A stretch of 64,000 bases of DNA from Oscillospiraceae bacterium (GTDB lineage: Bacteria; Bacillota; Clostridia; Oscillospirales; CAG-272): positions 12,600-76,599 of the forward strand of contig SVTL01000007.1 in NCBI GenBank assembly GCA_015063795.1, read 5' to 3'. Shown here one piece after another: positions 1 to 10,058 of this stretch. The position numbers and the translations under genes were made by a program. Within the stretch, counting starts at the first letter, position 1. Each line of letters starts with the position of its first letter. The notes under the pieces are model-generated. The model was given only the letters and a program-made list of their open reading frames with translations, made no database searches and had not been told where the DNA came from.

Positions 1-328
1 GCATGAGGTATTATGATCCGAGCATTGGTCGATTCCTCGCGGCGGATACTCATTCTTTGCAGAAGCAGTTGCAAAAGGGATAAAAAAGTACGAAGTGCAC
101 CATATGATTCCATTGGAGTGGGCACATGTGATGGGAGATCGTTTTGACCCCAATATGCTTGCGAATTTGGCAGGGGTTGAAGATACGATCCACAGAAGTA
201 TTAACGATATGTGGAATGGTTTTAGAAACCGCTATAAGGATAAACTGCCGACTGAAGAGGCTGTTTTGAACTTTGCAAAGAAAGTTCATTCAAAGTACGG
301 AAAGTCTTATATGATGGGAGGAAAATAA
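1..328 (+). pseudogene. Rhs/YD-repeat toxin C-terminal remnant with HNH-like nuclease tip; frame-disrupted and cut by the window edge
   Basis: Frame 3 from nt 3 reads MRYYDPSIGRFLAADT (Rhs core motif RYYDPxxGRF) and stops at 81-83. Frame 2 continues ...KGIKKYEVHHMIPLEW...DPNMLANL...IHRSIN to 328. Region is AT-rich. Confidence 0.7.
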
Positions 329-330
329 CG

Positions 331-861
331 ATGACACATGAAGATTTTGCCTTGATTGAAAAAGAATTGGATATTGTTTTGCCGGAACGGTATAAGAAGC
401 TGGCCTTGGAAGCGCCGTTGAAGGATACTGCTTATTCAAACGCATTCTATGATGATCCTCGAAAGCTGATTCGGACAAATTTGCGTTTGCGGAAAAACGG
501 AATTTATGGCAGCGAACCGCTTTGGAAAAACCATCTGGTTGTAGGTTTTTATTTTGACCAGTATGCATACATAGACGTTTCCAGTGAGGAAGATGTGCAT
601 TATAAAGCAGATAGGACGAAAGGATTTCATTATACCCCTACAGACAAAGAGTATAATTCATTGAGGTTTGACCTTTTTGGGTATATCGATATATTTCTTT
701 TCTATCACGAACGTGACCTAAAACGGCAAAACACGCCTCCTGAACAGTTATACAAACGTCCGAGTAATGAAAAAGTCTGTTCCTTCCTCCTTGCTTTGCA
801 GGCAGATCATCAAAAAATGAAGGAAGAACAGAAAAAACAAGAACAGAAGAACCAAGAATAA
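331..861 (+). CDS. SMI1/KNR4-family immunity protein
   Basis: N-terminal IEKELDIVLPERYK matches the SMI1/KNR4 pattern; starts 2 nt after the toxin stop. Confidence 0.7.
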   Translation: MTHEDFALIEKELDIVLPERYKKLALEAPLKDTAYSNAFYDDPRKLIRTNLRLRKNGIYGSEPLWKNHLVVGFYFDQYAYIDVSSEEDVHYKADRTKGFHYTPTDKEYNSLRFDLFGYIDIFLFYHERDLKRQNTPPEQLYKRPSNEKVCSFLLALQADHQKMKEEQKKQEQKNQE

Positions 862-872
862 GGTTTTAATCC

Positions 873-911
873 AATAGAAGGGAATTTTTTCTTGAGAAAT
901 ACCCTTCTATT
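873..911 (+). terminator. Hairpin after the immunity gene
   Basis: AATAGAAGGG ... CCCTTCTATT inverted repeat. Confidence 0.5.
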
Positions 912-1015
912 ATACCTCGACTGGAAGTAACAATATCACCCTGGTCACGAAAGACATGAAACCACTTGCGAAAGAGCTCGGCTGATCCCGGGCTCGTTCT
1001 TTTTGTATATATGAA

Positions 1016-1055
1016 GAAGAGATATGACCGTTTTTTCGATCATATCTCTTTTTGT
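1016..1055. terminator. Intrinsic terminator downstream of aspS, probably bidirectional
   Basis: AAGAGATATGACCG-TTTTTT-CGATCATATCTCTT inverted repeat with flanking T tract. Confidence 0.6.
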
Positions 1056-1066
1056 TTTGCTGTTTG

Positions 1067-2860
1067 TTATTCTTTTGCTTCCTCGGCGACCTCGATGCAA
1101 AGCTCTTTGAGTGCTTTGGGATCGGCGGGAGTGGGCGCGCCGGTCATCAGCTCGGAGGCGTTCTGTACCTTCGGGAAGGCGATGACGTCGCGGATGTCCT
1201 CCAGCCCCAGCAGCAGGGTGACCAGACGGTCAAAGCCGAACGCGAGACCGCCGTGAGGAGGCGTGCCGTACTTGAATGCTTCTAACAGGAAGCCGAACTT
1301 GGCCTGTGCCTCTTCGGGGGTGAAGCCGATGGCATCGAACATCTTGGCCTGCACATCGGGCAGGTGGATACGGATCGAGCCGCCGCCCACCTCGGTACCG
1401 TTGATGACCAGGTCATAGGCCTTGGCTCTCACGCGGCCGGGATCGCTTTCCATATACGGCAGGTCCTCATCCATAGGCGAGGTGAAGGGATGGTGCATGG
1501 CGCAGAAGCGTCCCTCTTCCTCGTCATACTCAAGCAGCGGGAATTCGGTGACCCACAGGATCTTGAAGTCGCCGGGACGGATCAGCCCCAGCTTCTTGGC
1601 CGCGGCGATACGCAGAGCACCCAGCGAGTCGAACACGACCTTGTTCTTGTCGGCCACGATCAGGATCAGGTCGCCCTCTTCCACGCCCATCACTTCCGCG
1701 ATGGCGGCGTTTTCCTCTTCGGTGAGGAACTTGGCATAGGAGGAGGAAACCTCAGCGCCCTTCTTCAGCCAGGCCACGCCCTTGGCGCGGTACTGCTTGG
1801 CGACCTCGATCAGCGCATCGATCTCCTTGCGGGAGAAGGCGGCGCCGCCCTTGACGTTGATGCCGCGGACGCTTCCGCCGCCCGCAACAGCATCGGCAAA
1901 GACCTTGAAGCCGCAGCTTCTCACGGTCTCGGTCAGGTCGGTCAGCTCAAAGCCGAAGCGGGTGTCGGGCTTGTCCGAGCCGTAACGGTTCATAGCCTCG
2001 GCGTAAGGCATACGCGTAATGGGCAGGGCGATATCCATATCCAAGAAGTCCTTGAACACACGCTTGATAAAGCGCTCGTTCAGCTCCATCACGTCGTCGG
2101 CGGTGACGAAGGACATTTCCAAATCGATCTGGGTGAATTCGGGCTGACGGTCGGCACGCAGGTCCTCGTCGCGGAAGCAGCGGGCCAGCTGCATATAGCG
2201 GTCAAAGCCGGACAGCATCAGCAGCTGCTTGTACAGCTGGGGCGACTGGGGAAGGGCATAGAAGGAGCCGGGGTGGACACGGCTGGGAACGATGTAGTCG
2301 CGCGCGCCCTCGGGGGTGGGGTTGATCAGATTGGGCGTTTCGATCTCGATGAAGCCGTTTTCGGCGTAGAAATCGCGGGCGATCTTGGCGATCTTGCTGC
2401 GGGCGATGATGTTTCTCTGCAGATCGGGACGGCGGAGATCCAGATAGCGGTGCTTGAGACGGAGCTCGGGGCGGACCTGACTGTTTTCCACGATCTCAAA
2501 GGGAGGCGTCTGCGCGAGGGAGAGAACCTTCAGCTCTTCGACAAAGATCTCAACCTCGCCGGTGGGGATGTTTTTGTTGACAGCACCCTCACCGCGGGCG
2601 CGGACGGTACCGTGAGCGCAGAGGACGCTCTCGGAGCGGAGGGAGAAGGCCCGGGAAAAGACCTCTTCGCTGTTGGCTTCGCGGTCGAAGGCCAGCTGGA
2701 CGATGCCGGTGCGGTCGCGCAGGTCGATGAAGATCAGCGTGCCTAAGTCGCGCTGGCGCTGGACCCAGCCCATGACGCAGACCTTCTGTCCCACGTCGGC
2801 GGAGGTGAATTCTCCGCAGTATTTGGTGCGTTTATCCTGACTTGTAAGCAATTCGGCCAT
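1067..2860 (-). CDS. aspS: Aspartate--tRNA ligase
   Basis: IFIDLRDRTGIVQ, ALPQSPQLYKQLLM, RCFRDEDLRADRQPEFTQ, PPHGGLAFGFDR. Confidence 0.97.
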   Translation of the reverse strand: MAELLTSQDKRTKYCGEFTSADVGQKVCVMGWVQRQRDLGTLIFIDLRDRTGIVQLAFDREANSEEVFSRAFSLRSESVLCAHGTVRARGEGAVNKNIPTGEVEIFVEELKVLSLAQTPPFEIVENSQVRPELRLKHRYLDLRRPDLQRNIIARSKIAKIARDFYAENGFIEIETPNLINPTPEGARDYIVPSRVHPGSFYALPQSPQLYKQLLMLSGFDRYMQLARCFRDEDLRADRQPEFTQIDLEMSFVTADDVMELNERFIKRVFKDFLDMDIALPITRMPYAEAMNRYGSDKPDTRFGFELTDLTETVRSCGFKVFADAVAGGGSVRGINVKGGAAFSRKEIDALIEVAKQYRAKGVAWLKKGAEVSSSYAKFLTEEENAAIAEVMGVEEGDLILIVADKNKVVFDSLGALRIAAAKKLGLIRPGDFKILWVTEFPLLEYDEEEGRFCAMHHPFTSPMDEDLPYMESDPGRVRAKAYDLVINGTEVGGGSIRIHLPDVQAKMFDAIGFTPEEAQAKFGFLLEAFKYGTPPHGGLAFGFDRLVTLLLGLEDIRDVIAFPKVQNASELMTGAPTPADPKALKELCIEVAEEAKE

Positions 2861-2898
2861 GGTGGTATTCCTTTCGGTTCGGATGAATTGTTGTTTTT

Positions 2899-4155
2899 TT
2901 ATCGGAGGAGAGAAGCGAGGGGTTCGATGTCGTTGATGTCAACCTCGGTCTGCTCGCTGGTCTGCATGTTTTTCAGCTGTGCCTTGCCGCTTTCGATCTC
3001 GCTGTCGCCTAAGATCAGCGTGAAGCGGGCGTGCTTTTTGTCGGCATATTTCATCTGCGCTTTCAGGCTTCTGCCGACCAGATCGGTCTCGGTGTAAAGC
3101 GCCTGCTTGCGGAGAGAGGAGACGATCTTGGCTGCCTTTTCCACGGCTGCGCTGCCCATGGGGGCGATGTAGAGGGCGGGAGCATTGTCCTCGGTGATCT
3201 CCACGCCGTTCAGCTTCATGGCGAGGATGAGACGGGTGATACCGGTGGCAAAGCCGATGCCGGGCAGGGAAGGACCGCCGATCTCGGAGATCAGCCCGTC
3301 GTAACGTCCGCCTCCGCAGATGGTGCTCTGAGCGCCGATGGAGGGGCAGATGAATTCGAACACGGTACGGGTGTAGTAATCGAGGCCGCGGACGATGCGG
3401 GTGTCGATGTCATAGGCAATGCCGTGGGCGTCAAGCAGCTTTTTCAGCGTTTCGAAGTGGTCGCGGCAGTCATCGCAGAGGTAGTCGAGCATGACGGGTG
3501 CGTCTTTGCCGATCTCGCCGCAGATGGGGCTCTTGCAGTCGAGAATACGCATGGGGTTGGTCTGCAGACGTCCCTTGCAGGTGTCGCAGAGCTGCTCCTG
3601 TCTGGCGGCGAAGTACTCCTTCAGCGCCGCATGATAGCGCGCACGGCATTCGGGGCATCCGATGGAGTTGATGTGAAGCTGAGCGTCCTTGATGCCCAGC
3701 GAGCGGATCAGCGTGTCGGCCAGCGCGATGACCTCAGCGTCGGCAGCAGGGTGAGCTGCGCCGAACATTTCGGTGCCGAACTGGAAAAACTCACGGCTGC
3801 GTCCCGCCTGGGGCTTTTCGTAGCGGAAGCAGTTGATGAGGTAAAAGAGCTTTTTGGGCATGGTGTCCGAGCAGAGACCGTTTTCGATCAGGCTGCGGGC
3901 CACGCAGGCCGTTCCCTCGGGGCGGAGGGTGATGCTTCGTCCGTCGCGGTCGGTGAAGGAATACATCTCCTTCTGCACCACATCGGTGGTACCGCCCACA
4001 CCGCGGGAGAAGAGCTCGGTGGCTTCAAAGGTGGGGAAGCGGATCTCCTCAAACCCGAAGCGGGCCGAGATCTCGCGGGCTTTTTCTTCGATAAAGCGCC
4101 ATGTTGGCATTTCTGCGGGAAGGATATCCATCGTCCCGCGCATTTTCTGTATCAT
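2899..4155 (-). CDS. hisS: Histidine--tRNA ligase
   Basis: LRPEGTA, FRYEKPQAGRSREF, RGLDYYT, GGGRYD; ATG at 4155 (MIQKMRGT). Confidence 0.96.
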   Translation of the reverse strand: MIQKMRGTMDILPAEMPTWRFIEEKAREISARFGFEEIRFPTFEATELFSRGVGGTTDVVQKEMYSFTDRDGRSITLRPEGTACVARSLIENGLCSDTMPKKLFYLINCFRYEKPQAGRSREFFQFGTEMFGAAHPAADAEVIALADTLIRSLGIKDAQLHINSIGCPECRARYHAALKEYFAARQEQLCDTCKGRLQTNPMRILDCKSPICGEIGKDAPVMLDYLCDDCRDHFETLKKLLDAHGIAYDIDTRIVRGLDYYTRTVFEFICPSIGAQSTICGGGRYDGLISEIGGPSLPGIGFATGITRLILAMKLNGVEITEDNAPALYIAPMGSAAVEKAAKIVSSLRKQALYTETDLVGRSLKAQMKYADKKHARFTLILGDSEIESGKAQLKNMQTSEQTEVDINDIEPLASLLR

Positions 4156-4189
4156 AAAAACGTCCGTCCTTGTTCTTGATTTATCTTTT

Positions 4190-4218
4190 ATTTTACCACA
4201 CCGTTCGGTAAATTTCAA
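4190..4218 (-). promoter_or_regulatory. Sigma-A promoter of hisS-aspS
   Basis: TTGAAA-17 nt-TAAAAT with extended TG. Confidence 0.6.
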
Positions 4219-4314
4219 GAGATTCGGAAAACAATTCCATCGTTATTGAAAAGATTTTGATAAAAAAGGCGGTGAAAAAGCGAAAAAGCCGCTTTGAGCG
4301 GCGGACAGGATGCG

Positions 4315-4683
4315 CTATGGTTCCTTCTTTTTCTTTTTGAACAGCGTCAAAAGCCCCGACACGATCAAAAGCCAGCCGAAGATGCGCTTCACCCAAACAG
4401 GATCGATGGCCTTGAGAAGCGCAAAGCCGAGGAGGATGCCGACCGCACCGCAGAGCGAGACGATCGCGGCGAGTCGAAGACGGATCCGTCCCTTTTTGCC
4501 GTTGACGGCGGAGGCGGCCGCTGAGGAGAAAATGAAAAAAAGAAGGTTGGTGCCCTGCAGCATCAGATGGGGTTGGCTTGTGACCGCCGAGAGGTAGATG
4601 ACAAGCAGTCCGCCCCCTCCGATGCCAAGCCCCGACAGCGCGGCGATGAGCGCGGGGACGAGCCCTTCAAGCAGAAGCATCAT
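4315..4683 (-). CDS. TauE/SafE (TSUP) family membrane protein, half-size
   Basis: LSGLGIGGGG, QGTNLLFF; hydrophobic; start overlaps the stop of the upstream paralog. Confidence 0.75.
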   Translation of the reverse strand: MMLLLEGLVPALIAALSGLGIGGGGLLVIYLSAVTSQPHLMLQGTNLLFFIFSSAAASAVNGKKGRIRLRLAAIVSLCGAVGILLGFALLKAIDPVWVKRIFGWLLIVSGLLTLFKKKKKEP

Positions 4684-5036
4684 GCCATCACCATGCGGAT
4701 GCCGCTGTACAACACCATGCAGGCGAAGAGCTTTTGAAGGAGCGAGGGCTTGATTTTTCCGAGCAGCAGAGCGCCGACCGCTCCTCCGACGGCGGCAGGG
4801 ACAAAGACCTGCGAGGAGAAGGAAAGATCGATCATCCCCTCCTTGAAATAGAGCACGGCGGTGAGCAGCGACATCAGAAAAATGCAGAAAACGGTGGTGG
4901 CAAAGACCTCGGTCTTCGACAGCGAAGGAATGCGCGAGAGCAGGAAGACCAGAACGATACCGCCGCCCGTACCGAGAAGACCGTTGAAAAAGCCGCCCAA
5001 AAGGGCGAAAAAGAGGATAAAAAGAAGGTTTCTCAC
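4680..5036 (-). CDS. TauE/SafE (TSUP) family membrane protein, half-size
   Basis: GFFNGLLGTGGG motif, about 4 hydrophobic segments. Confidence 0.75.
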   Translation of the reverse strand: MRNLLFILFFALLGGFFNGLLGTGGGIVLVFLLSRIPSLSKTEVFATTVFCIFLMSLLTAVLYFKEGMIDLSFSSQVFVPAAVGGAVGALLLGKIKPSLLQKLFACMVLYSGIRMVMA

Positions 5037-5173
5037 GAAAGTTGCTCCAAAATTCTATTGTATTTTTGATAAAAATATGGTACAATGATTAAATAAGGAA
5101 TAGAATGAAACGTAAAAGCAGGGCTCGGAGAGACCAGACATGGGACGTCCGGGCGAAAAAGGAGTGTTGCGTT

Positions 5174-6007
5174 TTGAATATAGTATCCGCTGTTCTGTTC
5201 GGTATCATGCAGGGCATCGCCGAATTTCTCCCCATCTCCAGCTCGGGGCATCTGGCCATCCTGCACAGCTTTTTTGATATCGGCTTTGACAGCACGCTGA
5301 CCTTTGATGTGATGCTCCATCTGGGAACGCTGATCGCGGTGGTCATCGTCTATTTCCGCGACCTCTGTGCGCTGGTCCCTGCCGCCTTTTCGCTGCTGGG
5401 CAAGGTGTTCAGGAAAAAGTGGAAGCTGGCCGACTATACCGTCGATGAGCGGCTGGTGCTCTTTCTTGTCATCGCCTGCCTGCCTCTGATCGCGGCCGCG
5501 TTTATCAACGACTATGTGGAGATCCTCAGCAGCTACACCAAGGTGGTGGGCGGCATTCTGATTGTCAACGGCTTTGTTCTGTTCGTGTCCGACCGCATCG
5601 GCAAGGGGGGCAAAAACGTGGAAAAGACCACGCCTCTGAATGCTTTTCTGGTCGGTTTGTGCCAGATGTGCGCCATCCTGCCCGGACTTTCCCGCTCGGG
5701 CTCAACCATCACGGGCGGTCTTCTGCAGGGCTTTGACCGCGACTACGCCGTGAAGTTTTCCTTCCTGCTGTCCATTCCCGCCATTGTGGGCGCCAACATC
5801 TTCGTGCTGCCCGATATGCTCGACGAGATCGCCGCTGCCCCCGCCCCCTCCGAGCTTCTTCTGCCTGCGCTGGTCGGCATTGTGTCGGCTATGCTGGCCG
5901 GCATCGCCGCGATGAAGCTGCTCGTTTACATTTCCAAGCATTCCAACTTCCGCCTGTTCGGCTATTACTGCATTGCAGTCGGCCTGCTGACGGTGATCTT
6001 CGGATAA
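5174..6007 (+). CDS. uppP: Undecaprenyl-diphosphate phosphatase
   Basis: QGIAEFLPISSSGH, PGLSRSGSTI, FSFLLSIP; TTG start after GGAG. Confidence 0.93.
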   Translation: MNIVSAVLFGIMQGIAEFLPISSSGHLAILHSFFDIGFDSTLTFDVMLHLGTLIAVVIVYFRDLCALVPAAFSLLGKVFRKKWKLADYTVDERLVLFLVIACLPLIAAAFINDYVEILSSYTKVVGGILIVNGFVLFVSDRIGKGGKNVEKTTPLNAFLVGLCQMCAILPGLSRSGSTITGGLLQGFDRDYAVKFSFLLSIPAIVGANIFVLPDMLDEIAAAPAPSELLLPALVGIVSAMLAGIAAMKLLVYISKHSNFRLFGYYCIAVGLLTVIFG

Positions 6008-6028
6008 AGACAAGGAGACGCAAGCACC

Positions 6029-8767
6029 ATGCCTCAGAAAAAAACAACAACCGAAGCGAAGAAAAAGAGCGCGTCGGCTCCCGAGAAGAAGACGGCCGCG
6101 AAAAAAACGGCTCCTGCCAAAAAGGAGACGTCTGTTAAACATGCAACGGCCGCGATGCCGCTCAAGGAGAAAAAAGCGCCGAACCCCGACAGCGTGTTCA
6201 ACCGCGTGATGCCCTATATTCTCATGATTGTGGCGCTGTTTGTCGCCGTCTGCTTCTTGATGAGCGGTATGACAGGCAGTGTGGGCGGCGCCATCCGCAT
6301 CGTGCTGTACGGCCTGTTTTCCACCGCCGCCTGGTTTGTGCCGGTGGTGATCGCCATTGAGGCGGTCTGCTGGAAGAAGGACGTGGAGCGAGGAGAGGTC
6401 ACCTCCAAGTGGATCTTCGCGCTGGTGGTGGTCACCTTCATCGCCGTGCTGATGCACGTGTTCTATGTGCAGTCCAACGGCATTCCCTCCGGCGAAGTCA
6501 GCTTCAATGTCAAAGAACTGTGGCAGATGGGCATCGGCTCAGAGGAGGTCTCCCGCATGGGCGGAGGCGTTCTGGGCGGATTGATCGCCGCTCTTCTGCT
6601 GCGTCTGATCGGCATCGCGGGCACGCTGATCGTGTCCATCGCGCTGCTGTTTACCTTCACGGTCTTTCTCTTCGGCCTCACCCCCCGTGCGCTGGGCATT
6701 TACATCGCTTACTATTTCCACAAGAAGCGTGAGGAGAGTGCGAAAAAGCGCGCCGAGGAGAACGAGCGTCTGAAGCCCTATTATACGCCTGTCCGCCGCG
6801 ACAAGGATTGGGACGAGCCGACAAGCGATTCCGGGCATGAAACGGCGGAGGAGCCTGCCGCAAAGGACAAGCCCAAAAAGAAAAAGCCGGTCGACCGCAT
6901 CGATACGCTGGAGGAGCCGGAGGACCTGCCCCCCTTTGATATCGACGTGGATCCCTTTGAGGAAAAAGAGGAGGAGGAAGAAACAGAGCCGCTTCCCGCC
7001 TCGGATTATACGCCCGCTTCTCCCATCGCCGAGTTTATTCCCATGGAGGAGGAGCCTGAGGTCCGCAACGAGCTGAAGGAGGTCTTCGGCGGCGAGCGCA
7101 GACAGAGCATTCCCGCAACGGCGGCTGCATCGGCTGTTCCTTCCGCAGCGGAGGCGGCGGTGTCGGCTGTTCCCGATGCGGCCGAGCTGGAGCTGATGGT
7201 GGAGCGCAAGAGACTGTCCGAGCTTGAAGCGGAAAAGAAGGAAGCGGAAAATGCTCCCGAGGAAAAGGAGCCTGTCCGCGAATATGTCTTCCCCCCCATC
7301 AGCCTTCTGAACATCAAAAACGAGCCGCAGAATGTGGACATCAGCGAGGAGCTGCACAAAAACGCCGTGAAGCTGGTGGAAACGCTGGCCAGCTTTAAGG
7401 TGCGAACCCGCGTGGTCAACGTGTCGCGAGGCCCCACGGTCACACGGTATGAGCTGGTTCCCGAGGAGGGCATCCGCGTTCGCTCCATCGCCAACCTGGT
7501 GGACGATATCGCGCTGAATCTGGCCACCACGGGCGTGCGCATCGAGGCGCCGATCCCCGGCAAGAGCGCGGTGGGCATTGAGGTGCCGAACCGCATCAAG
7601 GAGACGGTGTATCTGCGCGAGCTGATCGAGAAAACAACGTTCAAGCAGGCGGCAAGCAGGCTGAACGTGGTCTTGGGCAAAAGCGTGGCCGGCGAGCCGA
7701 TCTATCTGGACATCGCCAAAATGCCCCACCTGCTGATCGCGGGTGCCACGGGTATGGGCAAATCGGTGTGCATCAACACCATGATCATCAGCCTTCTCTA
7801 CAAAGCCACCCCCGATGAGGTGAAGATGATCCTCATCGACCCGAAAAAGGTCGAGTTCAGCATGTACAACGGCATTCCCCATCTGCTGGTGCCGGTGGTG
7901 AGCGATCCGAAGAAGGCGGCCGGCTCTCTGCACTGGGCGGTCAACGAGATGGAGCGCCGCTTTGAAATGATCGAGGACGTGGGCGTCCGCGATGTGATGA
8001 GCTACAACAAGATCACCGAGGGGGATCCCGAAAAAGAGAGACTTCCCCAGATCGTCATCGTCATCGACGAGCTGGCCGATCTGATGATGACCGCTCCCGA
8101 CGACGTGGAGGATTCCATCTGCCGTCTGGCACAGAAGGCGAGAGCGGCGGGTATGCATCTGGTCATCGGTACCCAGCGTCCGTCGGTGGACGTGGTCACA
8201 GGTCTGATCAAGGCCAACGTGCCGTCCCGTATCGCCTGCACCATGGCCTCGCAGGTGGACTCCCGTACCATTCTGGACGTGGCGGGTGCGGAAAAGCTGA
8301 TCGGTAAGGGCGATATGCTCTATTCCCCCGTCGGCTTCAACAAGCCCATGCGTGTGCAGGGTGCGTTCGTCAGCGACTCCGAGGTGGAGAGCGTGGTGCA
8401 GTTCCTGAAGAGTGCCTGCGGCACCTGCGAATACAACGACGATGTGATGGCGCAGATCGACAAGGAAGCCGCTCGCTGCGGCATGGGCAAGAAGGGAAGC
8501 GGAGCATCGCCGGATATGGACGATGAGGACATGGAGAGCGATCCCATGCTCCGCCCGGCTCTGGAGCTGGCCGTGGAAAGCGGCAAGATCTCCACCAGCC
8601 TGATCCAGCGGCGTCTCTCTCTCGGCTATGGTCGTGCGGCCAAGCTGATCGATAAAATGCAGATCTTAGGATATGTCAGCCCTCCCGACGGTCAGAAGCC
8701 GCGGACGGTGCTGATCACAAAGCAGCAGTACATGGAAATGGTGCTGAAAAAAGACGATTTTGAGTGA
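6029..8767 (+). CDS. ftsK: DNA translocase FtsK/SpoIIIE
   Basis: N-terminal TM segments; PHLLIAGATGMGKS, IDELADLMM, QRPSVDV; gamma domain STSLIQRRLSLGYGRAAKLID. Confidence 0.95.
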   Translation: MPQKKTTTEAKKKSASAPEKKTAAKKTAPAKKETSVKHATAAMPLKEKKAPNPDSVFNRVMPYILMIVALFVAVCFLMSGMTGSVGGAIRIVLYGLFSTAAWFVPVVIAIEAVCWKKDVERGEVTSKWIFALVVVTFIAVLMHVFYVQSNGIPSGEVSFNVKELWQMGIGSEEVSRMGGGVLGGLIAALLLRLIGIAGTLIVSIALLFTFTVFLFGLTPRALGIYIAYYFHKKREESAKKRAEENERLKPYYTPVRRDKDWDEPTSDSGHETAEEPAAKDKPKKKKPVDRIDTLEEPEDLPPFDIDVDPFEEKEEEEETEPLPASDYTPASPIAEFIPMEEEPEVRNELKEVFGGERRQSIPATAAASAVPSAAEAAVSAVPDAAELELMVERKRLSELEAEKKEAENAPEEKEPVREYVFPPISLLNIKNEPQNVDISEELHKNAVKLVETLASFKVRTRVVNVSRGPTVTRYELVPEEGIRVRSIANLVDDIALNLATTGVRIEAPIPGKSAVGIEVPNRIKETVYLRELIEKTTFKQAASRLNVVLGKSVAGEPIYLDIAKMPHLLIAGATGMGKSVCINTMIISLLYKATPDEVKMILIDPKKVEFSMYNGIPHLLVPVVSDPKKAAGSLHWAVNEMERRFEMIEDVGVRDVMSYNKITEGDPEKERLPQIVIVIDELADLMMTAPDDVEDSICRLAQKARAAGMHLVIGTQRPSVDVVTGLIKANVPSRIACTMASQVDSRTILDVAGAEKLIGKGDMLYSPVGFNKPMRVQGAFVSDSEVESVVQFLKSACGTCEYNDDVMAQIDKEAARCGMGKKGSGASPDMDDEDMESDPMLRPALELAVESGKISTSLIQRRLSLGYGRAAKLIDKMQILGYVSPPDGQKPRTVLITKQQYMEMVLKKDDFE

Positions 8768-8778
8768 GGTATCGGCAT

Positions 8779-9468
8779 ATGTCATTCTTTCTTGCCATCG
8801 ACGGGCTGGACGGCTCGGGAAAAGAAACGCAGTCGCTTCTGCTGAAGGAGGCGCTGGAGAAAAGAGGACAGTCTGTCCGCATGCTCTCCTTCCCCGATTA
8901 TGAAAGCGATTCCTCCTTCCTTGTGCGGATGTATCTGTCGGGGAAGCTGGGGGATGATCCCAAGGCCACCAATGCCTATGCCGCCTCCACCTTTTTCGCC
9001 TGCGACCGCTATGTCAGCTTCCGTACCGACTGGCAGCGCGACTACCAAACGCCCGGAAAGATCCTCATCGCCAACCGATACACCACCGCCAACGCGGTCC
9101 ATCAGCTGTCCAAGCTTCCGCGGGGCGAATGGGACTCCTTTCTCGATTGGCTGTGGGAGTATGAATACGAAAAGCTGGGCATCCCGGCTCCCGACCGCGT
9201 GATCTATCTGGAGCTGAAGCCTGAGCTTTCCATGAAGCTGATCCAGTCGCGGTGCGAGAAAACGGGCGTGAGCAAGGACATTCACGAAAAGGATCCCGAT
9301 CATCTGAAACGAAGCTACGAAGCGGCTTTGTATGCAAGCGAAAAATGGGAGTGGACGCGCATCCGCTGTTATGAGGGCGATGCCATCCGTTCCCGAGAAC
9401 AGATCCACAAAGAGATCATGGACAAGCTGGGCTATGACCGCCCGATGCCGTCTCTGACGCTCGATTGA
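8779..9468 (+). CDS. tmk: Thymidylate (dTMP) kinase
   Basis: P-loop DGLDGSGKETQ, ANRYTT, DIHE. Confidence 0.8.
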   Translation: MSFFLAIDGLDGSGKETQSLLLKEALEKRGQSVRMLSFPDYESDSSFLVRMYLSGKLGDDPKATNAYAASTFFACDRYVSFRTDWQRDYQTPGKILIANRYTTANAVHQLSKLPRGEWDSFLDWLWEYEYEKLGIPAPDRVIYLELKPELSMKLIQSRCEKTGVSKDIHEKDPDHLKRSYEAALYASEKWEWTRIRCYEGDAIRSREQIHKEIMDKLGYDRPMPSLTLD

Positions 9469-9499
9469 TCCCGAAAACGCGGGAGAAAGGACAAACCAC

Positions 9500-10045
9500 A
9501 TGATCTATCTGATGCTGGCAAACGGCTTTGAAGAAAGCGAAGCGCTGGTGAGCTGGGATATGCTCCTGCGCGCAGGAAACGAGGTCAAGCTGGTCTCGAT
9601 CACCGATTCGCTGACCGTGCAGGGAACTCACGGTCTGGAAACGCAGGCGGATATGACCGTTATTCAGGCGCTTGCTCTGCAGGAAAAGGCGCAGGCCATC
9701 GTTCTGCCCGGCGGACTTCCCGGTGCGGACAACCTGTATGAGAGCGGGGACTGCCGCCGTCTGATCGAGCGCGTGTACGGCGACGGCGGACTGATGTGCG
9801 CCATCTGCGCCGCCCCCTCGGTGTATGGCAGAATGGGGCTTCTCCGCGGCGTGAAGGCTACCTGCTATCCCTCCTTTGAGCGCTTTTTGGAGGGTGCTGT
9901 GTTCACCGATGAGAGGGTGACGCTTGACGGACGCTTCCTGACTGCAAAGGCCATGGGCTGTACGGCAGAGTTTGCTTTGGAGGCCATCCGTGTTCTCAAC
10001 GGCGAGCAGACGGCAGAACGTGTCAAAAACAGCATCTTTATGTGA
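9500..10045 (+). CDS. DJ-1/PfpI (ThiJ/YajL) family glyoxalase/deglycase
   Basis: GFEESEA, VLPGGLPG, AICAAP, ATCYP. Confidence 0.9.
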   Translation: MIYLMLANGFEESEALVSWDMLLRAGNEVKLVSITDSLTVQGTHGLETQADMTVIQALALQEKAQAIVLPGGLPGADNLYESGDCRRLIERVYGDGGLMCAICAAPSVYGRMGLLRGVKATCYPSFERFLEGAVFTDERVTLDGRFLTAKAMGCTAEFALEAIRVLNGEQTAERVKNSIFM

Positions 10046-10058
10046 AAGGATCCTCAGC

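Noticed and set aside
4156-4314. Expected T-box upstream of hisS-aspS
   Set aside because: The promoter lies about 35 nt from the start codon and no GGTGGNACC motif is present.
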